From Macrostomum lignano (taxonomy: Eukaryota), in assembly GCA_002269645.1 (NCBI GenBank), contig NIVC01000001.1, forward strand, positions 1,178,001 through 1,242,000: 64,000 nt of DNA, read 5' to 3'. This document shows positions 55,404 through 64,000 of this stretch, piece by piece. The notes under the pieces are model-generated. The model was not told the DNA's origin, did not search any database, and saw nothing but the letters and a program-made list of their open reading frames with translations. A program made the position numbers and the translations under genes. Each line of letters begins with the position of its first letter. The stretch's first letter is position 1.

Positions 55404-55927
55404 CTAACCATTATCAAACGGTTGATAATGCATGACTAAATTTAGATACCGTCTATGGTAATTCGTCAGAAACTTTGGTCTTAAATGTTCTAAGTTACAG
55501 CGAAGACTTCTCAGTTTTTCATTTTAAGCCGTCTTCGCTTGCCTGCCTTAAACATGACCGCTACGCATCTTATCAATTGGTCTCATCTGCCGGTTGATAG
55601 TCTCGATGGCGTTTCATCCAGCGAATACATCGTCAAGCACGATGGACGTGAGTAACCAGAACATTACACTCAGTAGGCAGAACGTCTCAACTATCTTCAC
55701 GGATTGTCATTTCTCTGGCTGCACTTTCAACTTGAATGGTTAGAGACATCTGCGTCATTGAGAATTGCAACTATAAACAACTAAAAACTGTAAACTGTTC
55801 ATTGCTTAACCATTGAAGCTGAAAAATAAACTCGCAGTTCCACCATAGTCTATGGTAGATGTTGAAAAGTTGGCGTTTGATAATCACAAAATTACACAAC
55901 GAGAAATAATAAGAGAAAGAATGTGAC

Positions 55928-56537
55928 AATAATCCTCAATGGGATCACACTTGTCTAAACAGATGGGATAATAATCCTCAATGGGATCACACTTGTCTAA
56001 ACAGATGGGATAATAATCCTCAATGGGATCACACTTAATCTAACAGGTGCGATAATAATCCTCAATGGGATCACACTTGTCTAAACAGGTGGGATAATAA
56101 TCCTCAATGGGATCACATTTAATCTAACAGGTGCGATAATAATCCTCAATGGGATCACACTTGTCTAAACAGGTGGGATAATAATCCTCAATGGGATCAC
56201 ATTTAATCTAACAGGTGCGATAATAATCCTCAATGGGATCACACTTGTCTAAACAGGTGGGATAATAATCCTCAATGGGATCACACTAGTCTAAACAGAT
56301 GGGATAATAATCCTCAATGGGATCACACTAGTCTAAACAGATGGGATAATAATCCTCAATGGGATTACACTTGTCTGAACAGGTGGGATAATAATCCTCA
56401 ATGGGATTACACTTGTCTGAACAGGTGGGATAACAATCCTCAATGGGATTACACTTGTCTGAACAGGTGGGATAACAATCCTCAATGGGATTACACTTAA
56501 TCTAACAGGTGGGATAATAATCCTCAATGGGATCATA
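55928..56537. repeat. 42-bp minisatellite, array 2
   Basis: Same unit and orientation as 54765-55243. Confidence 0.92.
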
Positions 56538-56680
56538 TAGTTCTATACAAAGCGGGAAATGATTAAAAGCATAGCGATTGAATATCGGAGCTGCAGTGAA
56601 AGGTCCAACTGTGCAATGAAGTTGGGTACGTTAGTAGGGGTTGGTATCGACAGTGCGGTCAGCTGACAGGCAACGCTGTC

Positions 56681-57013
56681 TCAGGGCAGGAAGGCCGGCC
56701 TGATGACCCACTCGGGGGTGCCGGCAGGAATCGGTCGCTGACTCCGGGTGGCCTCGTCGCGGACGCACTTGCCGAGCTGGGCGCGCTGCTTCACCGTGGC
56801 AAAGCGGCGCATGAACGCCTCGTCAAGGCTCCGCTTGATGTCGCGCACCCGGTCAGACTCCCAGGCCAGACAGCGGACTCGCAGCGTCTCGTCCTCTTCT
56901 TCCTCATCTGATGAGGTCAGATCGCGGGTGAGCACGATTCGGTACTGCTCAAGATCGTCAGGCGACAGGTTCGGCAGCAGAGTCTCGAAGGCCTTCTGAC
57001 GGCGGCTCAGCTT
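56681..57013 (-). CDS. Constant terminal exon of a C14orf93-like protein
   Basis: Acceptor CCTAAATATGCAG|AAG, phase 0. KLSRR..LSPDDLEQY..LTSSDEEEE..LRVRCLAWESDRV..LD..RSQRPIP..PEW resembles the C14orf93 C-terminal domain (recalled, not aligned). Confidence 0.72.
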   Translation of the reverse strand, partial: KLSRRQKAFETLLPNLSPDDLEQYRIVLTRDLTSSDEEEEDETLRVRCLAWESDRVRDIKRSLDEAFMRRFATVKQRAQLGKCVRDEATRSQRPIPAGTPEWVIRPAFLP

Positions 57014-57264
57014 CTGCATATTTAGGTGCAGGAATGTAGAGAAGCGGCATGAACTACTGTAAGTAGCGAAATTGAATTTTACATATTTTCAGAAATTTTA
57101 CTTCATAAAATCTTTCCAAACAGCTGAAATTGATAAATATTAGGTGTTAAATTGACGGCGCAAAATCCGACAGTGTGGAATCTGGCACAAACTAGGTAGG
57201 CCATGGTGAATGACCACAGAATGATCCTTTTGATGAGTATCAATAAATTCAATGATATTGCTGA

Positions 57265-57790
57265 TTGAGTAGCGGAGCTCACTCAGGGACATTGGGGATT
57301 GAGTAGCGGAGCTCACTCAGGGACATTGGGGATTGAGTAGCGGAGCTCACTCAGGGACATTGGGGATTGAGTAGAGGTGCTCACTCAGGGACATTGGAGA
57401 TTGAGTAGAGGTGCTCACTCAGGGACTCACTCAGGGACATTGGGGATTGAGTAGCGGTGCTCACTCAGGGACATTGGGGATTGAGTAGCAGAGCTCACTC
57501 AGGGACATTGGGGATTGAGTAGCAGAGCTCACTCAGGGACATTGGGGATTGAGTAGCGGAGCTCACTCAGGGACATTGGGGATTGAGTACCCAGAGCTCA
57601 CTCAGGGACATTAGGGATTGAGTAGCGGAGCTCACTCAGGGACTCACTCAGGGACATTGGGGATTGAGTACCCAGAGCTCACTCAGGGACATTGGGGATT
57701 GAGTACCCAGAGCTCACTCAGGGACATTGGGGATTGAGTACCCAGAGCTCACTCAGGGACATTGGGGATTGAGTAGCAGAGCTCACTCAG
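57265..57790. repeat. 34-bp minisatellite
   Basis: GAGTAGCGGAGCTCACTCAGGGACATTGGGGATT. Confidence 0.9.
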
Positions 57791-57824
57791 ACTCTCCAAC
57801 CAGTAAGTAGCAAGACCCTCTCAC

Positions 57825-57910
57825 CCGCTTCCATCTGCCACTCTTTGCAGCAGACTTTCTACGCACAATAATCCACTTAAGTTCGTAAGCAAAGTATTTT
57901 GAAATATTGC
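57825..57910 (-). CDS. Variant cassette exon (86 nt, phase 1->0)
   Basis: TTTTCAG|GC...CGG|GTGAGA; NISKYFAYELKWIIVRRKSAAKSGRWKR. Confidence 0.75.
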
Positions 57911-58124
57911 CTGAAAATTGAATTATCAGAATTAAACTATTTTCAAGCAGAGTATAAAAAGCAAAAAACTTACAATACTATTCAAGCGAGTTTGCCATGT
58001 CAGCCCAAAAGAGCTACGTTTAATTTTTTTATATTTAATAAGACTTGATGGCACAATAATTTTTTGGTAGATCATTTTAAGTTTCAGTACTACTTGCATT
58101 AGTAAATGTGTATGCAGAAGATGG

Positions 58125-58620
58125 AAACAGTGTACAGTAAGGGAAGACTCAGTGTCAATGTACATTGGTGGGGCTTGTGCCAGTTCAGCGGGGGAAGAGA
58201 GACAGTGTACAGTAAGAGAAGGCCCAGTGTCAATGTACATTGGTGGGGCTTGTGCCAGTTCAGCGGGGGGAAGAGAGACAGTGTACAGTAAGAGAAGGCC
58301 CAGTGTCAATGTACATTGGTGGGGCTTGTGCCAGTTCAGCGGGGGGAAGAGAGACAGTGTACAGTAAGAGAAGGCCCAGTGTCAATGTACTTTGGTGGTG
58401 GTTGTGCCAGTTCAGCGGGGGGAAGAGAGACAGTGTACGGTAAGGGAGGGCCCAGTGTCAATGTACATTGGTGGGGCTTGTGCCAGTTCAGCGGGGGAAG
58501 AGAGACAGTGTACGGTAAGGGAGGGCCTAGTGTCAATGTACATTGGTGGGGCTTGTGCCAGTTCAGCGGGGGAAGAGAGACAGTGTACAGAAAGTCGAGG
58601 CCCAGTGTCAGTGTACACTT
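58125..58620. repeat. ~76-bp minisatellite
   Basis: GACAGTGTACAGTAAGAGAAGGCCCAGTGTCAATGTACATTGGTGGGGCTTGTGCCAGTTCAGCGGGGGGAAGAGA. Confidence 0.9.
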
Positions 58621-58688
58621 GAAAAAAAATCTAGTCAAAAACCGATCTGGAAGGATGCCTTGTGGCTGTTTTAAATTCTCATAATTAC

Positions 58689-58783
58689 CGACTTCACTCG
58701 ATAAGAGCGCCAGGCACGCCTTCGCTTATCCATAACAAATTTTCTCTCCGAGTCAAATGACGTCTTCATCTTGTCGCTGGCAG
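58689..58783 (-). CDS. Variant cassette exon (95 nt, phase 1->0)
   Basis: TTCCCCCAG|CT...TCG|GTAATT; ASDKMKTSFDSERKFVMDKRRRAWRSYRVKS. Confidence 0.72.
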
Positions 58784-58897
58784 CTGGGGGAATCGATTTG
58801 TAATAGATAATAACACAAATAAAATTTACAGTGGGAAACTAAAGCTTAGCAAGGGCAGGGATTGACAGAGACAGGCAGCTTAAGACAGGCGACTGAC

Positions 58898-58983
58898 CAC
58901 GCGCAATCGGGCAGACTTTCTGGCTGTCCGCCGGTTGTACAAAATCATATGGGCCAATCGGCTGTGAAAAATTTCCACGTTAG
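58898..58983 (-). CDS. Variant cassette exon (86 nt, phase 1->0)
   Basis: TATTTTAG|CT...GTG|GTCAGT; NVEIFHSRLAHMILYNRRTARKSARLRV. Confidence 0.78.
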
Positions 58984-59059
58984 CTAAAATAATTATAATA
59001 GCAATATAATTCATATACTCAAACAGATAACTGCAGTAAATTAGCGCACAAGTCCACAC

Positions 59060-59160
59060 CGAAAATGCTGCTGCCTTAAAAAGCGCTGCAATATGAATTT
59101 GATAATTCCTATCGTCCAAATTTTGAATAATGCTGTTTTTAGCTTGCAAGTGGGAGATGG
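59060..59160 (-). CDS. Possible divergent variant exon (101 nt, phase 1->0)
   Basis: CTTATAG|CC...TCG|GTGTGG; ISHLQAKNSIIQNLDDRNYQIHIAALFKAAAFS. Phase fits but it lacks the basic pattern. Confidence 0.35.
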
Positions 59161-59276
59161 CTATAAGCATTGAAAATGAATTAAATGGAAATTGTCATTG
59201 AAACCTTCAAAACCTCCAGGAACTCCATCTCCGCACACACAGTGCACATCGCAGACATCGCTATCAATAGAATCAC

Positions 59277-59681
59277 AGACTATGCCACCCAGGCATATTC
59301 AATACATATTTAGCAAAACAGCTTTCTACTTTCAGTTCAGTAGCAAACAAGAATACATAAGCTATTTTATAAGAATAAAGGCGGCTGAAATGACTGATAA
59401 ATTTAGAAGCCCAAGCTTGCAGGCGTAAACAGCTTGCTAATTAGTTAAGCAATGATGTACATTAGCCAGTCCACTGAAATGTTCACTGAAATGTCCACTG
59501 AAATCCACTGAAATGCTTTAGGCTGGAATTCCGAGAAAGTCAATAAAATTGGGCGTCTTAAGCTAGGGGGGTAAGAGCCAATAAATAAGCCTTGGCTTTA
59601 AAAATAGCATAAAATGCTTCAGTTTAACTTCCTACTGAACTGAAAGTAGCTTACACGAAATGTGCTGAGTGGCCCATCTAG
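59277..59681. mobile_element. MITE-like element, copy 2, inside the exon array
   Basis: Colinear with 17931-18299: CTACTTTCAGTTCAGTAG, GGCTGGAATTCC, GGGGGTAAGAGCCA, CTGAAAGTAGCTT..GCCCATCTA. Confidence 0.7.
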
Positions 59682-59763
59682 TTCTTATCTATCTCACGTA
59701 GATCTTTGGTGCACACACAGACAAACTGGCAGGCCACACACATCTTTCAACACAGGCACTAAC

Positions 59764-59849
59764 CACGCGGAGTCGGCCAGCTCGTTTAGCAGTTCTCCGA
59801 TTAGACAATACAATATTGCCCAGCCGCCTGTGGAACTGTTCTGTGCTGG
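59764..59849 (-). CDS. Variant cassette exon (86 nt, phase 1->0)
   Basis: TATTTTAG|CC...GTG|GTTAGT; STEQFHRRLGNIVLSNRRTAKRAGRLRV. Clear paralog of 58898-58983 with many third-position differences. Confidence 0.78.
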
Positions 59850-60044
59850 CTAAAATATTTCATGAGAAAATTTTTATATATGCATATATGCTAATGTATA
59901 GATCTGCTTTAAAAAGCAAATTAGCAGAATGCTGTCACAGTGCTGCCAAAAAACGCTGCTGCTTTTTTTATTTTAAAAAAAATTGCATGGTACAGTCGTG
60001 TTTTACACTGCTTCAGAGGCCAGGGACCACTGGAAGGTCAGATG

Positions 60045-60415
60045 TTCAGGACTAACCAAGCTGTTCAGCCTCAGGTACTCAGGACTAACCTAGCTGTTCA
60101 GCCTCAGGTACTCAGGACTAACCTAGCTGTTCAGCCTCAGGTACTCAGGACTAACCTAGCTGTTCAGCCTCAGGTACTCAGGACTAACCTAGCTGTTCAG
60201 CCTCAGGTACTCAGGACTAACCTAGCTGTTCAGCCTCAGGTACTCAGGACTAACCTAGCTGTTCAGCCTCAGGTGTTCAGGACTAACCTAGCTGTTCAGC
60301 CTCAGGTGCTGAGGACTAAACTAGCTGTTCAGCCTCAGGAGCTCAGGACTAACCTAGCTGTTCAGCCTCAGGTGTTCAGGACTAACCTAGCTGTTCAGCC
60401 TCAGGTGCTGAGGAT
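60045..60415. repeat. 33-bp minisatellite
   Basis: TCAGGACTAACCTAGCTGTTCAGCCTCAGGTAC. Confidence 0.92.
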
Positions 60416-60458
60416 TTCTAGAATTAATCAAAACGTCCTACTAAAATAAGCAGCTTAC

Positions 60459-60544
60459 ACTTTTTGTTCTGAACCATTTCTTAGCACTTTTGCGATGCTT
60501 CTCAATGGCAATGCGCTGAGCAGTGAACCAGGCGGAGCAAGTCT
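60459..60544 (-). CDS. Variant cassette exon (86 nt, phase 1->0)
   Basis: TTAAACTAG|AG...AGT|GTAAGC; TCSAWFTAQRIAIEKHRKSAKKWFRTKS. Confidence 0.78.
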
Positions 60545-60689
60545 CTAGTTTAAAAAAGTTATTAAGGTAAAAAAAAACTTTTAAAAAGACGACGCTAAAA
60601 ACCAAGGCCTATTCACAACCATAGCGTCAAAGAGGTTTCAACAGAAACAAACAGATTTCACCCCATACTACTACAAGTAGGCAGCTTAC

Positions 60690-60784
60690 ATTACGAATTC
60701 GACCGGATTTTTTTGCACTTTTACGATTTCTCTGCACTGTAACGCTCTGCGATTGAAACCACGTGAGTAGCCTGTCCGTCAGCT
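60690..60784 (-). CDS. Variant cassette exon (95 nt, phase 1->0)
   Basis: GCGTCAG|AG...AAT|GTAAGC; LTDRLLTWFQSQSVTVQRNRKSAKKSGRIRN. Confidence 0.76.
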
Positions 60785-60932
60785 CTGACGCGTCATTAAA
60801 ATATTGTTCGATAAAGCTGGTTGAATAAAAATTAGCTAATTCTGAGAAATTATAAACATCGCGTTGTAGAGGCTTGCGTGCAATAGAAAATATTGAAAAA
60901 AAGTTTTTTATTTAAAAAAACCAGGAATTTAC

Positions 60933-61018
60933 TGTTTTCCATCGTTTGGATCGTTTGGCACTGATTCTATGCTTAGCCATGGTGACGCCCTGGGTGACAA
61001 AATATCTATTGATTGCGC
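60933..61018 (-). CDS. Variant cassette exon (86 nt, phase 1->0)
   Basis: TCCGTCAG|GC...ACA|GTAAAT; AINRYFVTQGVTMAKHRISAKRSKRWKT. Confidence 0.78.
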
Positions 61019-61124
61019 CTGACGGATTGCGGCGGGGTGTTGCACTTTTAAAAACACTTATTTAACAAAATAAACAGCTAACAGAAATATAGTACGCGTT
61101 GGAGAGGCAATTTTCACAACTTAC

Positions 61125-61210
61125 AGCCTTTTGCCTGTTACTCTTGCGCCAAATTAATCTGGATCGCAAACTAGATTGCTGCAGGAAACCGTATTCCTTC
61201 TGACACGTGG
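61125..61210 (-). CDS. Variant cassette exon (86 nt, phase 1->0)
   Basis: CTCACGCAG|CC...GCT|GTAAGT; TCQKEYGFLQQSSLRSRLIWRKSNRQKA. Confidence 0.72.
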
Positions 61211-61431
61211 CTGCGTGAGTGCGGAATATTTGTTTCTTAGAATTTATATTTAAACTATCGTTTGTTATAACTTACTTTAATAAAACAAACCTATGATCTC
61301 AAAATAGCTGGTTTCACAAACTCTCAAACCTAGTTCACTATTGATTCGATTTTATAAATGTAATTTTAGAAAAAAATCTATTGTTTCGAAGTTTCCGGAT
61401 ATTGTAATCTCTTAATTGTAGATCACTTAAG

Positions 61432-62265
61432 CGTCTGTCTAAATGCACATAGGGTTGAGACTAGGGTCTGTTTAAATGTACATAGGGTTGGGACTAGGGT
61501 CTGTTTAAATGTACATAGGGTTAGGACTAGCGTCTGTCTAAATGTACATAAGTGTTGAGGGTGATGACTAGCGTCTGTCTAAATGTACATCGGGTTGGGG
61601 GTGATGACTAGAGTCTGTTTAAATGTACATAGGGTTGGGGGTGATGACTAGGGTCTGTTTAAATGTACATAGGGTTGGGGTGATGACTAGGGTCTGTTTA
61701 AATGTACATAGGGTTGGGGTGATGACTAGGGTCTGTTTAAATGTACATAGGGTTGAGGGTGATGACTAGCGTCTGTTTAAATGTACATAGGGTTGGGGGT
61801 GATGACTAGCGTCTGTTTAAATGTACATAGGGTTGGGGGTGATGACTAGGGTCTGTTTAAATGTACATAGGGTTGGGGGTGATGACTAGGGTCTGTTTAA
61901 ATGTACATAGGGTTGGGGTGATGACTAGCGTCTGTCTAAATGTACATAGGGTTGGGGGTGATGACTAGCGTCTGTCTAAATGTACATAGGGTTGGGGGTG
62001 ATGACTAGCGTCTGTCTAAATGTACATAGGGTTGGGGGTGATGACTAGCGTCTGTCTAAATGTACATAGGGTTGGGGGTGATGACTAGCGTCTGTCTAAA
62101 TGTACATAGGGTTGGGGGTAATGACTAGCGTCTGTCTAAATGTACATAGGGTTGGGGGTGATGACTAGCGTCTGTCTAAATGTACATAGGGTTGGGGGTA
62201 ATGACTAGCGTCTGTCTAAATGTACATAGGGTTGGGGGTAATGACTAGCGTCTGTCTAAATGTAC
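61432..62265. repeat. 40-bp minisatellite
   Basis: ATGACTAGCGTCTGTCTAAATGTACATAGGGTTGGGGGTG. Confidence 0.92.
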
Positions 62266-62711
62266 TTAAGCCGGAAAGCAGAAAATTACAGAATTCTAGA
62301 ATACTTAAAAGACGGTCACGTGATTCTACGATCTGGAAACCTCAACAAAAGATTTTTTTTAAATACACGACTGATTTTTTAAATAGATTTTCCATCTTAC
62401 TTGCGCACCTTTCTAATCATCTTTGAATTTCTTAAACTGGATTCCCCCAGCATTAAATATCGACCTGATTGACTGACTTTTTTAAACTATCAGGTTAGCT
62501 AGTATCTTAAATATAACGAGATTTATAGCATTAGCAGAAGTCTACAAAATCGGAGCGCATTTTACTATTATTATCACTAATACGCTCGTATAATACAATT
62601 TGTGGGACAATAAAAATGACTACAACATTGAAGCCAATGCACAGAGGCCTGGTGAAACCCCGGTTCCAGCAACTCGCTTGGCATGCTAAATCAATCGGAG
62701 CCGAGAAAAAC

Positions 62712-62797
62712 CATTGTTCGCCTGTAAAATTTGGCCACATTCCTACGATTAGACAGAACTGGCTGCCTATACTGTAAGTAGACGGAGCTTAGCACGG
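62712..62797 (-). CDS. Variant cassette exon (86 nt, phase 1->0), weak donor
   Basis: TATTTTGCAG|CC...ATG|GTTTTT; VLSSVYLQYRQPVLSNRRNVAKFYRRTM. Shares VLSNRR with 59764-59849. Confidence 0.55.
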
Positions 62798-62894
62798 CTG
62801 CAAAATAGGCGATTGTGAGTGCCGAGAGATGCTCAGCTGTGCTGCTGCGACTGGGCTTGCGTTGCTTAATGTCTGATTGGCACTGCGGCTTGGC

Positions 62895-63435
62895 CCAGTG
62901 GGAGGCTGGCCCAGCAACTGACACTCTGGGAGGCTGGCCCAGCAACTGACACTCTGGGAGGCTGGCCCAGCAACTGACACTCTGGGAGGCTGGCCCAGCA
63001 ACTGACACTCTGGGAGGCTGGCCCAGCCAACAACTGTGGATCTGGGAGGCTGGCCCAGCAACTGAGGATCTGGGAGGCTGGCCCAGCCAGCAACTGTGGA
63101 TCTGGGAGGCTGGCCCAGCAACTGAGGATCTGGGAGGCTGGCCCAGCAACTGACACTCTGGGAGGCTGGCCCAGCGACTGAGGATCTGGGAGGCTGGTGG
63201 CCCAGCAACTGAGGATCTGGGAGGCTGGCCCAGCCAGCAACTGTGGATCTGGGAGGCTGGCCCAGCAACTGAGGATCTGGGAGGCTGGCCCAGCCAGCAA
63301 CTGTGGATCTGGGAGGCTGGCCCAGCAACTGAGGATCTGGGAGGCTGGCCCAGCCAGCAACTGTGAATCTGGGAGGCTGGCCCAGCCAGCAACTGTGAAT
63401 CTGGGAGGCTGGCCCAGCAACTGAGGATCTGGGAG
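62895..63435. repeat. 28/32-bp minisatellite
   Basis: GGGAGGCTGGCCCAGC(CAGC)AACTGAGGATCT. Confidence 0.9.
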
Positions 63436-64000
63436 GGGGCCCATGTACACGTAAGTCTAGTATTCGTTATTAAAGTCTGTCTAAATCTGCAGATTTTTAA
63501 GAAGTGTTGCAAGCATAACGCAAAACTCAAATCGAAATCCAACAGCAAACATGAGAGCCAACAAGCCTACACCAACTGACGCTAATATAGTATAGTTGGA
63601 GAAAACGACAAACAAAATGTTAAATTTATAATTTTAGGGAAAAATTAATTAGGATAATTAATGCATACAATGGGCCGCACTTCTTGAACAGCCGGGACGC
63701 CAAAGTTCTGGCGCAGTGGGAGTCTGCACACCAATTTTAGAACCAAGTAGTATATGTAGCTCAATATAAATTGCATTGACTCAATCATTTTTTACGATTA
63801 TAAATCTGAGACACCTGGGCAGCGGCAGTTATAATTAATTTTAAGCGATTTTTACGGCAGACTTGCAAACACTCGCTGGTTTCTTTCTTTCTCTGTAAAC
63901 CTCTGCAACGCTATAGCTTAATAATTCAATTGAATACGCGGCACTATAAGTTCATTTAAATAGACATGTTCCGTACAGGTAAGAAATGCACTAAATATTT

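Noticed and set aside
57974-58089. Further cassette exons (58089-57974, 57260-57172, 62486-62401, 63900-63815)
   Set aside because: Each has a fitting phase or length, but the peptides do not align with the family, splice sites are weak, or (62486-62401) there are in-frame stops. They may be decayed cassettes.

Overview
Eukaryotic (animal) genomic DNA. It has GC-rich spliced exons, GT-AG introns filled with private minisatellites, SINEs and MITEs. The style and a GYHFFRL-type neuropeptide suggest a free-living flatworm such as Macrostomum (inference). Many listed ORFs are translations of tandem repeats. Genes reconstructed by hand from splice sites and reading phase: an unknown membrane/Asp-rich protein, a PLEKHM1/Rubicon-family RUN-LIR-RH gene, an intronless peptide-type GPCR, XPG/ERCC5 (8 exons), a co-oriented minus-strand run of Polo-like kinase, LRRC42, PDCD5 and YOD1, an intronless DUF985 cupin, and a GnRH/corazonin-like neuropeptide precursor with a candidate 9-nt microexon. 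The standout is at 56.7-62.8 kb (minus strand): a C14orf93-like gene whose single terminal exon is preceded by at least 8-9 homologous cassette exons. All are 86 or 95 nt and phase 1->0, and each encodes a different version of one basic helix. This is a candidate Dscam-like mutually exclusive exon array diversifying a putative nucleic-acid-binding helix. All exon models and family calls come from reading the sequence, without alignment or expression data.
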